Virus record (IMG/VR): IMGVR_UViG_3300018059_000012
Location: 1 to 64,000 of that record
Source: a virus
Length of the DNA stretch: 64,000 nucleotides
Direction: 5' to 3' (one strand)
Shown one piece after another: positions 47,534 to 57,150 of this stretch; the stretch's first letter is position 1; each line of letters begins with the position of its first letter. The position numbers were made by a program, and so were the translations under genes. Under the pieces are notes generated by a model. That model did not search any database and had not been told where the DNA came from. It was given only the letters and a program-made list of their open reading frames with translations.

Positions 47534-48184
47534 ATGGGAGCCTGGCCGGATCTCGCTACCGCGATCTCCGATCTTCGGACGTTTCTGAGTGATGGGCCAA
47601 CAGATCGGCCTGTCAAGCAGAAGAAGCTGGTCGGGGAATGCGATGGTACGAACACGGAGTTCTTCGCATGGGAAGAGCGCGTGGTGCCAGGCTCGCTCGT
47701 TGTCAATGTCGATTTCACTCCGGTGGCGGCGACACTGACGGATCCAGTGATGGGTCTGATTACGCTGGCGTCGCCACCGGCTGGTGGGTCAACAGTGCGC
47801 GCCCGCTACTACTACCAGTATTTTCTGGATGCGGAGTTGCAGCTCGCACTGATGGACGCGGCAACACAGATTCAGGGCAGTGACGATGTGACCACCATCG
47901 AGTCGGCGATGAAAATCGTCGTCCTGAATTTCGGTGGGTACTTCGGTTACAAGAAACAGGCGATCCGCTGGGCGCAGCGGATGTCGGACAAGTGGATTCT
48001 CAAGGAGTCACCTGAAGAGGGTGACAACCTCTCGAAATCCAATCTGTTCGACAAGCTCGCCCGGACGTTCATGGACGAGGCCAGGATTCTTCGCGATGAC
48101 TTCTACAAGCGGCAGAGTCGTCAGCTTGCGCCGGCAGCGGCGATGATGAAGCCTCGCATTCCACGAGTGGGGCCACGGTTCTAG
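47534..48184 (+). CDS. Head-tail adaptor
   Basis: ISDLR.FL.D...YFLDAEL...L helical adaptor pattern with an inserted beta domain; position. Confidence 0.65.
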   Translation: MGAWPDLATAISDLRTFLSDGPTDRPVKQKKLVGECDGTNTEFFAWEERVVPGSLVVNVDFTPVAATLTDPVMGLITLASPPAGGSTVRARYYYQYFLDAELQLALMDAATQIQGSDDVTTIESAMKIVVLNFGGYFGYKKQAIRWAQRMSDKWILKESPEEGDNLSKSNLFDKLARTFMDEARILRDDFYKRQSRQLAPAAAMMKPRIPRVGPRF

Positions 48185-48186
48185 CG

Positions 48187-48672
48187 ATGCACGTGCCCAC
48201 CCTTGAAGTCGACGACACCGGGTTGCAGAACATGATCCGGGGTGCGACGGCTGCCTTTCAGGATCTTTCCCCGGTCTGGATCGAGATCCGGCAGATTTAC
48301 ATGGACTTCATCAAGGAACATTTCAACAGTCAAGGCAGTTACACCGGGGAGCCATGGCAGCCACTCTCTCCGAACTACGCGGCGTGGAAAGCGGCGCACA
48401 TGCCAGGGGTGGGGATTCTCCGGGGGTTGAGCGACAATCTCTACGGAAGTCTCACAAGCATCGGACATGCTCAGTCGATCTTCCGCTCGACACCACTCTG
48501 GATGGAGTACGGGACGTCAGTGTTCTACGCCCGTATTCATCAGACCGGATCCATCAGAGTGCAGGGCAGACCACCAAAGCGTATCGTTATTCCAAAGATG
48601 ACGCAAGCCGAGGGTGAGCGCGTCGTTGACGCGATGGCCGCGTACCTGCTCAAGCGGATGAGAACGGGATAG
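48187..48672 (+). CDS. Virion morphogenesis (Mu gpG-like neck) protein
   Basis: HFNSQG...W.PLS..Y...K, IL...L..SL, YGTSV.YARIHQ.G...P.R. Confidence 0.8.
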   Translation: MHVPTLEVDDTGLQNMIRGATAAFQDLSPVWIEIRQIYMDFIKEHFNSQGSYTGEPWQPLSPNYAAWKAAHMPGVGILRGLSDNLYGSLTSIGHAQSIFRSTPLWMEYGTSVFYARIHQTGSIRVQGRPPKRIVIPKMTQAEGERVVDAMAAYLLKRMRTG

Positions 48673-48673
48673 C

Positions 48674-49234
48674 ATGAGTACGCCAGGACATGCGTTTCCA
48701 CTCATCAACATCGTCCCAACATCACTTGGGGAATCCGCGCTGCAGGCAGTCGCGTACAACCTCCGCGCCGGGTTCAATGGTGAGATCGATCGGTTGCTCT
48801 TGGCGTACAACGACACAGTCCCGATCGCTCCCAATCAGCGCGTGTCAACGGTCAATCTGCCGAAGATGTCCGAGAGTGAGTGGTACATGTCCGAGGTGAT
48901 CGAGCCGAAGACGTTTCCGGCGGCGTTCATTCTCTTGGATACCTCTCGGCAGATGCTCGAGGCCCAGAACTTCGAGATGAGTGAGCACACGATCTACACG
49001 GTTCTTGTCACCGAGGACGTGGAGATCGGGCGCATGCTCAAGACGGTCTGGCGCTATGGGATTGCAGCGTGGCGGTGTCTGCACGACAAGAACTTCCACA
49101 ACACGTATGTCTGGGTGGATGGCTTCGAGTACAGCCCGACGTATACCCGTGGTGGTACGGGTGGGCGCGATCGCCAGTTCCGCAAGGACATCACAATGCG
49201 CGTCAGGGCCCGGTCGTACGAGCCGTGGTCCTAG
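48674..49234 (+). CDS. Tail terminator/completion protein
   Basis: Position directly before the tail tube gene; FPA.FI. Confidence 0.6.
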   Translation: MSTPGHAFPLINIVPTSLGESALQAVAYNLRAGFNGEIDRLLLAYNDTVPIAPNQRVSTVNLPKMSESEWYMSEVIEPKTFPAAFILLDTSRQMLEAQNFEMSEHTIYTVLVTEDVEIGRMLKTVWRYGIAAWRCLHDKNFHNTYVWVDGFEYSPTYTRGGTGGRDRQFRKDITMRVRARSYEPWS

Positions 49235-49254
49235 CGAGGGAAGGAGTCTAAGGC

Positions 49255-49866
49255 ATGGCGCAGAATCCGATTCTCATCCACGTCGGGCGAGGGGACATCT
49301 ACATCAACGTCCCGATTCCGACAGTTCCGCCGGTCCCGCTGAACGTGGACGGGAGTCCGCAGCCGGGCGGGCGGTTCATCGGGAGTACACTGGACGCTGC
49401 GGCGCTGATCGTCAGCCCGACGACGTTCGACATCGAGACCCAGCAGGACACCGGGAACGTCGGTTACGTCACGATCAAAGAGGATGCTCGGATCGAGTTC
49501 ACCCCTGGTGAGCTCTCTTACGAGAATCTCCGCGACATGACCCTGAGCCGATTGGACCAGGTGACCGGCATCAGCTTCGGTGGTGTCATCAATCCTCAGC
49601 TCTTCTCGGTTCTGATCGTCGCCCCACGGCGTGCGGGTGGCTTCATCTCCGCAATGCTCTATCAGGCGATCTTCGGCGAGGCGAGGAACTGGGCCTTCGC
49701 GCGGCAGACGAACATGGCGCCCAAGATCGCAGCCAGGGCACAGTCACTCACGACTCGCAACCAGGGCGATCGTCTCGGGTACTTCTTCCCGAACACGCCC
49801 TTCGGTACGCCGCCAGCGTACGCGTTCGTCACGCCGGCACAGATCCCGACAGGTCAGGGTACGTAG
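49255..49866 (+). CDS. Major tail (tube) protein
   Basis: IHVG.G.IY, FIGST..., L.E.S.ENL; about 200 aa; strong RBS; followed by chaperone and tape measure. Confidence 0.8.
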   Translation: MAQNPILIHVGRGDIYINVPIPTVPPVPLNVDGSPQPGGRFIGSTLDAAALIVSPTTFDIETQQDTGNVGYVTIKEDARIEFTPGELSYENLRDMTLSRLDQVTGISFGGVINPQLFSVLIVAPRRAGGFISAMLYQAIFGEARNWAFARQTNMAPKIAARAQSLTTRNQGDRLGYFFPNTPFGTPPAYAFVTPAQIPTGQGT

Positions 49867-49881
49867 CACTGCAGTGCCTTA

Positions 49882-49913
49882 GCCCGGTGCCCCTTCATGC
49901 AGGGGCACCGGGC
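49882..49913 (+). promoter_or_regulatory. GC-rich hairpin after the tail tube gene
   Basis: GCCCGGTGCCCC-TTCATGCA-GGGGCACCGGGC perfect 12-bp stem. Confidence 0.6.
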
Positions 49914-49942
49914 GCAACAACGACATAGATGGAGGCTTGACC

Positions 49943-50473
49943 ATGGCGGGATATGGCAACATCGAAATGCTCCCACTACCGTCCGGCAACAAGGTCCGCG
50001 TCAAACGTGTTTCGCTCCTGACGCAAGTCCGGCTCAAGCAGATCCCACCGAACCTGATCAGTGCAGTCTGGTCCGTGTTCGGGCGTGATGGCGACGGACC
50101 AGCGCCCCCGATCAACATGAACGAGCGGGCGGAGACCATGATCGGCCTGATGGACGCGGCGATCAAGGCTGTGGTCGTGGATCTCAAGATCGTCGATGAA
50201 GGGCTGAGCGAGACCACAGTCGATGCCGAGGGATTCACGATCGGGCAGGTCAACATCCGCGACATTCCGGATACGGACAAGGCGCTCATCTTCGGATTCT
50301 GTCAGGGGAGTGTGAACGCGAGTCCGATTACCATGGAGGTGGAGCGCGACCTGAAGTCCTTTCCTCCTGAGCCCGCACGCGAGACTCCTGGACCTAGCGG
50401 CGACGCGGTACGGGATACGACCGAGCAGCATGATTCGCCTGAGTCCGAAGTCGGCGTTGGCCCTCGCCTTTGA
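49943..50473 (+). CDS. Tail assembly chaperone (G)
   Basis: LPLPSG..VRVKR; lies between tube and tape measure genes. Confidence 0.8.
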   Translation: MAGYGNIEMLPLPSGNKVRVKRVSLLTQVRLKQIPPNLISAVWSVFGRDGDGPAPPINMNERAETMIGLMDAAIKAVVVDLKIVDEGLSETTVDAEGFTIGQVNIRDIPDTDKALIFGFCQGSVNASPITMEVERDLKSFPPEPARETPGPSGDAVRDTTEQHDSPESEVGVGPRL

Positions 50474-50621
50474 TATGGCGCTGGCGCTCAGAGGCACGCT
50501 CGAGGAAGTCGCAGCCATGGAAGAGTCGATGCAACGGGCCAATGATCCTGAGGGCAGTGGGAAATACTCGGTGTTCACGCCTGAGGAGATCGAGAAGCAG
50601 GGCGGCTTGCTGAAGTTCTAA
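50355..50621 (+). CDS. Tail assembly chaperone extension (T), probably reached by frameshift
   Basis: The +1 frame opens after TGA50352-54 at TCC TTT CCT and reads FLLSPHARLLDLAATRYGIRPSS...LAFDMAL. Confidence 0.65.
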   Translation, partial: SPFLLSPHARLLDLAATRYGIRPSSMIRLSPKSALALAFDMALALRGTLEEVAAMEESMQRANDPEGSGKYSVFTPEEIEKQGGLLKF

Positions 50622-50634
50622 GAGGAGCGCAAGC

Positions 50635-52998
50635 ATGGGTGGCGGGAATCCTGAACTGATTGTTCGCACGGGCGTTGAAGGGCAGGCGGAAACGCTTGGC
50701 TTCTTCAAGCAGCTCCAGGACGCCGCGGGCAAATTGAAGGATGGATTCAAGAACATCGCCGGCGCTGACATCAGTGCGCCGATGATGCAACTTGGGGAGA
50801 GCTTCCGTGCTGGGGCGTCTGCCGCCCAAGGCATGGGCGGGATGGTCCAGCTCCTCTCAGGATCAATGTCGGCGATGACGTCACCGCTTGGCATTGTCGC
50901 CGCCGGTGTTGGGGCACTCATCGGGATCATGAACAAGGCGGCGAGTGCGACGGAAAGCGTCTACCGTGAGATGCGCTCACTCACGGCGGTCACAGGGATG
51001 ACTGTCGAAGAGACCAACGTTCTCGCCGATGCGTTCAAGCTGATGGGCTTCGAAGGCGACATGATGACACGAACGATGTTCCGGCTCTCGATGGAGATCG
51101 AGAACGGAGGCAAGAAGCTAGGAGCCTATGGCGTTGCGATTCGCGATGTCGATGGGAACATGCGCAGTACTGGTGAAATCTTCGAAGATACGCTGAAGCG
51201 ACTTGGTGAAATCAGTAACGCTAGTCAGCGCAATGCGGCGTTGATGCAGTTGTTCGGCCGCGCAGGACGCGAACTGGCTCCGATGTTGGAACAGGGCGCG
51301 GCAGGGTTGGAGAAGTTCAAAGAGAAAGCACGTGACGTCGGGATCATGACCAAGGAGGACATGGAACGAACGAAGGAGTTGATTCAGGCTAAGGCTGCCC
51401 TGAGTGATGCCTTCGAAGATATGTGGATTGTGCTTGGTCGCTCATTGATCCCGGCACTCAGCGAAGGTGTGAAGGTTCTGAACTTCTTCATCGAGGGTGT
51501 GACTGCGATCATCGGCTTGACTATCGAATGGATCAAGTGGATGATTACATCGAATGAGGCACTTGATCCACTTTCGGTCTCGTTGAAGGCGGTCGCGGCA
51601 GCAATCTGGGCAATTGGGAAGGGGATCGAATTCATCAAGTCGTTTGGAAAGGTTGTCGCTGATTTTATCGTTGCTCCAACTGGAGCGCCTGGAGCCAAGT
51701 CGACATCGAAAGCGTCGGCACCTGGGGCGATCGTTACACCTGATGATATCAACGAACAGGCGAAATCACGGGATGCTCAGCTGAAAATCGATCAGAAGTA
51801 CTTCAGTGATCTGCGATTCATGGAGACCGGATCCAAGGTTGAGCAGCTCAAGATGCAGATGGGGTATAACGAACTCATCATTCAGGCCGAGCGTGAAAAG
51901 ACCGCGGCACTCCTGAAGATCACCAACGATCCGATTAAGATCGAGAAGCTCAATCGTGAGCTGAATGAGAAGGAGATCGCCGCCGCTGGGGAGCGTCGTC
52001 TTGCACTTCTACAGATTCGTCAGGCTGAGGCTGATGATGCCAAGAAGTCAATGGATGATCAGGTCAAGGCACGGCGTGATGCGAGTGAGCGAGAGATCAG
52101 GGTTGTCGAGATGCAGCGTGACTCCGAGTCTCGCCTGATTGAGCGCGTCGACACGGATGCCAAGACCAAGATCGAGGATCGGAAGAATCTCGAGATCGAT
52201 TCGACGCGGCAGATCACCGAAGCCAAGAAGGGGGCGATCGATTCTGAGATCGCCGCGAATAAGGCGTTAGCGCTCCAGTACCAGGACAATGCGGTACTTC
52301 AGCAGGATGTCCAGCGTAAGCTGATGGATCTCGCCAATCAACGGGCGAACGTTGAGCTGGATCAGATCTCACGCGTAGCCAAGGCTCGCGATGACGCGGC
52401 CAAGGCTGAGCAGGATCGCCGGGACAAAGAAGCCGGTATGCTCGGCCAGCTCATCAAGATGGCTGAAGACTACGCCAAGAGTCAAGGTCGGAAGACCATT
52501 ACGAGTGGTGATATTGGACAAGCTATGCAACAACAGGAGAAGCAAACAGGCAATCAGTTTGCGCAGTTCTTTGGTGGTGGGGCGGTGGATCCCGCGAAGA
52601 TGCGGCAGGCGATGGAGTTTCAGCAGTTCCAGCGTCAGATGCAACAGCAGGGCAGTACGCCAGAGAGTGTACTCTCATCGTCATTTGGGCAGGCGCAGAA
52701 GACAATGGGTCCGGGACTTGGTTATGATGCCGCGACAGCCGCATACAATCGTGGTGACATTGGAATGGGTAACATCATGTATCAGCAGGCGCAAGGACAG
52801 GCTGAGATCGAACGCGCCGGTGGTGGCATTCCAAAAGACAGATCCGGTGTCGGGAACATCGTACAGGATCTGAAGAAGTCTGGTGACCAAGCGATTCAGG
52901 ACATGCTCGGGAGAATTCCACCGATCATGGGCGATTGGTTCACCAATTTCTCGGATGGTCTCATCCGCAAGCTTGAGGAGGAGGCCGCCAGAATATGA
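50635..52998 (+). CDS. Tape measure protein
   Basis: 787 aa, helical; LFGRAGRELAPML..G..G motif; follows the chaperones. Confidence 0.9.
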   Translation: MGGGNPELIVRTGVEGQAETLGFFKQLQDAAGKLKDGFKNIAGADISAPMMQLGESFRAGASAAQGMGGMVQLLSGSMSAMTSPLGIVAAGVGALIGIMNKAASATESVYREMRSLTAVTGMTVEETNVLADAFKLMGFEGDMMTRTMFRLSMEIENGGKKLGAYGVAIRDVDGNMRSTGEIFEDTLKRLGEISNASQRNAALMQLFGRAGRELAPMLEQGAAGLEKFKEKARDVGIMTKEDMERTKELIQAKAALSDAFEDMWIVLGRSLIPALSEGVKVLNFFIEGVTAIIGLTIEWIKWMITSNEALDPLSVSLKAVAAAIWAIGKGIEFIKSFGKVVADFIVAPTGAPGAKSTSKASAPGAIVTPDDINEQAKSRDAQLKIDQKYFSDLRFMETGSKVEQLKMQMGYNELIIQAEREKTAALLKITNDPIKIEKLNRELNEKEIAAAGERRLALLQIRQAEADDAKKSMDDQVKARRDASEREIRVVEMQRDSESRLIERVDTDAKTKIEDRKNLEIDSTRQITEAKKGAIDSEIAANKALALQYQDNAVLQQDVQRKLMDLANQRANVELDQISRVAKARDDAAKAEQDRRDKEAGMLGQLIKMAEDYAKSQGRKTITSGDIGQAMQQQEKQTGNQFAQFFGGGAVDPAKMRQAMEFQQFQRQMQQQGSTPESVLSSSFGQAQKTMGPGLGYDAATAAYNRGDIGMGNIMYQQAQGQAEIERAGGGIPKDRSGVGNIVQDLKKSGDQAIQDMLGRIPPIMGDWFTNFSDGLIRKLEEEAARI

Positions 52999-53121
52999 AC
53001 AGAGCTAGAAGGAATTGGAGGATGTCCAGCGTGGCAATATGGATCTCTCCCCGTCTAGAGGGAAAACTTTCAACTGGGGTCAACCTCTGCCTACTGGGTA
53101 GGGATCTGAGGGGGGTCTAGC

Positions 53122-53559
53122 ATGGCCCAATTGAACATCCCGACTCCCCCAATCGGGGCACCATTCCCGCTTGGGGGCGTGTACCTGGATAACGTCCGGT
53201 TCACGACGAACCCGAAGACGTACAAGCCAGTTCAATGGAAGAAGCGCTATTCAATCCAGGACGCGATCGGTGGGAAGGTGACCATCCAGGACTTCGGGAC
53301 GTTTGCGAAAGACTGTGAAGTCGTGTTGGCGAGTGAGGACAAGCAGTTCCTTGATGAGCCAACGACGATTACGATTCACGAGAAGTTCAGGATACGTGGC
53401 GCGACCTTCGAGCTTCGGGACTGGATGCTTAACAACTTCACGATCTTCATGATGGAGTTCGAGCCGATCAACTTCAGGCCGAACATCTATCTGTACAACG
53501 CGAAGTTCAAGGTTGTCGCAATCAATACCTTGTGGGGCGTCACCTACGTGGGGACATAG
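53122..53559 (+). CDS. Distal tail / minor tail protein
   Basis: First gene after tape measure; F..NP..Y...TIQDFG. Confidence 0.6.
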   Translation: MAQLNIPTPPIGAPFPLGGVYLDNVRFTTNPKTYKPVQWKKRYSIQDAIGGKVTIQDFGTFAKDCEVVLASEDKQFLDEPTTITIHEKFRIRGATFELRDWMLNNFTIFMMEFEPINFRPNIYLYNAKFKVVAINTLWGVTYVGT

Positions 53560-53562
53560 CCT

Positions 53563-54630
53563 ATGTCAGCGACCGTACAGTTCTACGATAGCGATGGCGC
53601 GACACAGATCACGAGCTTCGACTTTGGTGACATTGACGGGGGCGAGCATATTCGGCCAAAGAAGTTTGGGGTCCGATCAACATCTGATCGTGTCCTGAAC
53701 GGGGTCAATCAGCTCCTCGAAGCGATCGCTGGAAACGATGGTATCGACATGGTGTCCCATGCCGCTGATCCCGTGACCATCGGGACGCCCTACGGTCCAT
53801 CGGGACTCGCGGCACAGGCGACACTGTCTCCCACGGCATCAGGCGGTGTCTGGAGCGCGATAGGTCCGGTGGGCTACAAGGTCACCTGGACTAACGCGCT
53901 TGGTGAGACCATTGGCTCGGCTGAAGTTACGATCAACGTCGATGATGTCACCAAGCTTGTCACGCTGCTCTGGAACAGTGTCCCGGCAGGAGCAACAGGG
54001 GCGAAGGTCTACCGGACGTCACTGCCAGGGACGTACAGTGGGACCAACCTCCGTGCAACACTTGGGGCCACGAACACCTATGTCGACAATGGTGCTGCGA
54101 CGACAACAGGTGTCCCGCCATTGCTGAACACAACGGCGGGGTTCAATCTCGCTGCCGTGCTCTCGGCTCCTGCTGCTGGTGGGATCTGGCCAGTTATCGG
54201 GGCGCGATTCTGGCGCGTAGTCGGCTATGATGCTGATGACATCGAGCTGGGCAATAGTTTTGAGGCCACGGTCACTATCGATGATACAACGAAAACTGTG
54301 GCCCTCTCTTGGGCGGCGGTCACTGGCGCGAGTAAGATCCGAGTGTGGCGGAGCACAACGACTGGGGTATATGCCACACCGGCACTTGTCATCGAGCTGG
54401 CTGGTGGCGCTACTGCCTACGTCGACATCGGTACCGCGGTCACGGCCGGCACGTTGACCTCGACACCATCATACGGAATTCCTCCGACCGTGTTCGCCAG
54501 CGGTCCGATCAGCGAAGGACAGGTTGATATCGGAGAGTGGTACTTCATTTGGGTGCTCATCGATGTCCCAATCAATGCGCCAGAAGTCGGCAACCCCCGT
54601 CTCGTTTTTGAGACGGCACAGGAGAGTTAG
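53563..54630 (+). CDS. Minor tail protein with two tandem Ig/FN3-like repeats
   Basis: GG.W..IG...(Y/W).V...G.S.E.T.TIDD.TK.V.L.W..V.GA....V(Y/W)R...G.Y...YVD.G twice; Thr-rich. Confidence 0.7.
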   Translation: MSATVQFYDSDGATQITSFDFGDIDGGEHIRPKKFGVRSTSDRVLNGVNQLLEAIAGNDGIDMVSHAADPVTIGTPYGPSGLAAQATLSPTASGGVWSAIGPVGYKVTWTNALGETIGSAEVTINVDDVTKLVTLLWNSVPAGATGAKVYRTSLPGTYSGTNLRATLGATNTYVDNGAATTTGVPPLLNTTAGFNLAAVLSAPAAGGIWPVIGARFWRVVGYDADDIELGNSFEATVTIDDTTKTVALSWAAVTGASKIRVWRSTTTGVYATPALVIELAGGATAYVDIGTAVTAGTLTSTPSYGIPPTVFASGPISEGQVDIGEWYFIWVLIDVPINAPEVGNPRLVFETAQES

Positions 54631-54632
54631 CT

Positions 54633-55646
54633 ATGTCGGTCACACTCGCAGATCTCAAGCTTTACTACGCACAGGTCGATCCGGACGACGATCTTGTCTC
54701 CCCAATTGGGGGCCCGATCGATCGAACCAAGCGTCCGGCGTTCATCGATGCCGCTGGGCTCATGCAGATCGTCAGCTCAACGACGGTCGACACCACGCAG
54801 CAGGTGACTGTGTTCGGACGTGATGTCACCGGTCTGATTATCAGCGAAGCCAAGATTCTGATCGGGGTGACGCCGGTTGTCATGTCCAGCACGTTCGAGC
54901 GGTTACTGAAGTCGATCAAGAATGCGCTGACTGTCGGTGACATCGCACTCGAGGGGCAGACCGGGCAGCTCTCTGGGCAGCTCGCCGGCGCGACACTCTT
55001 CGACGTCACGCTCCCTGTGGGGTTCTCTGCGGTCGATGGGGCGTTCAATCAGTGGGTGCTCCGTGGGACTGGGACCAGCAAGTCGATCCGGCGCGTCATC
55101 AACTACCGCGGTTTGGATCGGCTGGCGACAGTAGATCATCCCTATACGACACTCTTTCCAACGCCGGCAGTCGCCGGGGATAACAGGAGCGGAAGCGGCG
55201 AAGCCTTCGTACTCTCGAAGGGCTACTTCTTCGAGCGCAATCCGTCACAGGTTATCGAGATTCGGCGTCCGTTCTACAATTCGGCGGCAGACACACCGGG
55301 TGGCGCGATCAGGACGTACTACGCGAAGATGTTCTGGGATAACACGAGTCCGCAGGGACTCGCACTCCTCGCCGCACAGATCGCCGAAGCGAGTGACCCT
55401 AACGCGGACATCGCCTTCGCGCTCGGGACGACATTCAACGATGCCTTCTTCAACGCGGGCAACAGACAGACCGCCCCGGTGACTGGCGTTACGGCATTCG
55501 ATTCAGCGACCAAGGCTGTTCCGGGTGGCAGCGGAGATCTCAAGGCAGGATCCAACATCGCAATGTGGGCAGAGCTGACCCTGCTTGCCGGCGCGGCAGC
55601 GCAGAATTCGATCTGGACCCCGAGGCTGACCGGGCAGACGGTGTAA
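54633..55646 (+). CDS. Minor tail protein
   Basis: DLKLYY...GG.I...; W..LTL.AG; tail operon. Confidence 0.6.
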   Translation: MSVTLADLKLYYAQVDPDDDLVSPIGGPIDRTKRPAFIDAAGLMQIVSSTTVDTTQQVTVFGRDVTGLIISEAKILIGVTPVVMSSTFERLLKSIKNALTVGDIALEGQTGQLSGQLAGATLFDVTLPVGFSAVDGAFNQWVLRGTGTSKSIRRVINYRGLDRLATVDHPYTTLFPTPAVAGDNRSGSGEAFVLSKGYFFERNPSQVIEIRRPFYNSAADTPGGAIRTYYAKMFWDNTSPQGLALLAAQIAEASDPNADIAFALGTTFNDAFFNAGNRQTAPVTGVTAFDSATKAVPGGSGDLKAGSNIAMWAELTLLAGAAAQNSIWTPRLTGQTV

Positions 55647-55647
55647 C

Positions 55648-56583
55648 ATGACGACAGAGAAATTTACCAACCTCGGCGAGAGCACACTCGCCGCGCCGTA
55701 TACGAGTGGTGGGTCGTCACTCACCGTCGTCTCGGCGGCGGGATTCCCGACGACAGGCGTGTTCCGCGTCTCACTCGGAAACGTGGCACGGACTGTCTGG
55801 CGCGTTGACAGCGTCGCCGGCGCTGTATTTACGGGTGCCGCTGAATTCAGTGATGGCAATGCCGCGAGCGCTGACACGGTCAAGATTGCCGCGAGTCGTG
55901 GCGTTGCGGAACGGTTTCTTCAGAGTCCTGAAGTCGACGAAGTCCGTGCTCCTACCGGTGTCTCAGCGGGTGACTTCTTCGGACCACTTTACAAACTCAT
56001 TGCTCTTGATCAGTCAGGATGGACATGGGATAATCAAGGCACCAAAACGGTTGTTCAAGCTAACGGAATTGTGTTTCTGTCAGGACCGGCAACCGGGGCA
56101 GGGACCAGCGTGGGGATGCGGCATACTAGTGCACCGGGTTCTCCCTATGTAATCACGGCCGCTATCCGACTATTGCAAGCTGGCGATGATGATGTCACCG
56201 CTTCCGCTGCATTGATGTTCGGAGGTATTGGGTGGCGATCCGGTGCGGGTGGTCTGAGACTGATTGTTGCGGCAGCGAATGGTGGGATCTACCTGTATCA
56301 GTACAACAACACTACGTCTTTTGATTTGATGCTGGTCGGTCGCCTTCCCGGATACAGTGGTGGACCGATTTGGCTGCAAATTGAAAATAACGGTGTCAAT
56401 CACTTTGCCCGCTATTCCCAGGACGGCGTGAACTTCACGCTGGTCCGTCAGTCTGTTATTGGTGAATTCACCGAGACTGATGTAGGAATTGTGGTTTCCA
56501 CAGAGGGAGCGCTAGCCTCGTTTCCTATTGACGGACCATTCGGTGTTGCCGGTATGAGTGTTCTGTCATGGCTTGAGACATAA
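55648..56583 (+). CDS. Tail fibre / lectin-like protein
   Basis: N-terminal STLA.....SLTV.S..GFP..G.F; C-terminal WLQI...G.....YS.DG.NFT (ConA-like). Confidence 0.6.
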   Translation: MTTEKFTNLGESTLAAPYTSGGSSLTVVSAAGFPTTGVFRVSLGNVARTVWRVDSVAGAVFTGAAEFSDGNAASADTVKIAASRGVAERFLQSPEVDEVRAPTGVSAGDFFGPLYKLIALDQSGWTWDNQGTKTVVQANGIVFLSGPATGAGTSVGMRHTSAPGSPYVITAAIRLLQAGDDDVTASAALMFGGIGWRSGAGGLRLIVAAANGGIYLYQYNNTTSFDLMLVGRLPGYSGGPIWLQIENNGVNHFARYSQDGVNFTLVRQSVIGEFTETDVGIVVSTEGALASFPIDGPFGVAGMSVLSWLET

Positions 56584-56589
56584 TCATCC

Positions 56590-57150
56590 ATGGCACCGAC
56601 CTCAGAATGGGGTCTGTTTGAATGGGGCGAGGCCGAGTGGGGGTCGGGCGAAGATGATGCCGTTGTTGTCATCGACCTTGCTCTCGATTGCCTCATCCCA
56701 GTCGAGAGCACTGGCTTCTTCGCAATCCAGCCACTTGATACTCCGATCCCTGTTGACAGCACTGGAGTCAAACCACTCTCGATCGATATGCTTATCCCGA
56801 TCGACAGCGTGGGTTTGGAGACACTCAACCGTCTTGACGCTATCCCAATTGATGCCCTCCTCGGAGGCATCCCGCTCACCCAGTATGCGGCGATCCCGAT
56901 CGATAGTACAGGACTTGATCCGAACAAGTTGCTCCTCATCTGGAGCGTCAGGCAACCGCTTGATACACCATTCTCGATTCGCTGGCGAGTCGTCCAGCGT
57001 GGGCTCATCGCCAAGCTCCAGTTGCGGTGGACAATCAGACAACATATCATGCCATTCACGCTTCGCTGGAATGTTGTCCCTGACATCCTCTCGCCGCTCA
57101 TCAGCATCGATGTCCAGAAGCCATTTGGGTCGATCACGAAAACGCCATGA
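56590..57150 (+). CDS. Repeat-containing structural protein
   Basis: WG..EWG..EWG, five IP[VI][ED][SA] repeats, four xRW.(V/I)-type repeats. Confidence 0.6.
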   Translation: MAPTSEWGLFEWGEAEWGSGEDDAVVVIDLALDCLIPVESTGFFAIQPLDTPIPVDSTGVKPLSIDMLIPIDSVGLETLNRLDAIPIDALLGGIPLTQYAAIPIDSTGLDPNKLLLIWSVRQPLDTPFSIRWRVVQRGLIAKLQLRWTIRQHIMPFTLRWNVVPDILSPLISIDVQKPFGSITKTP

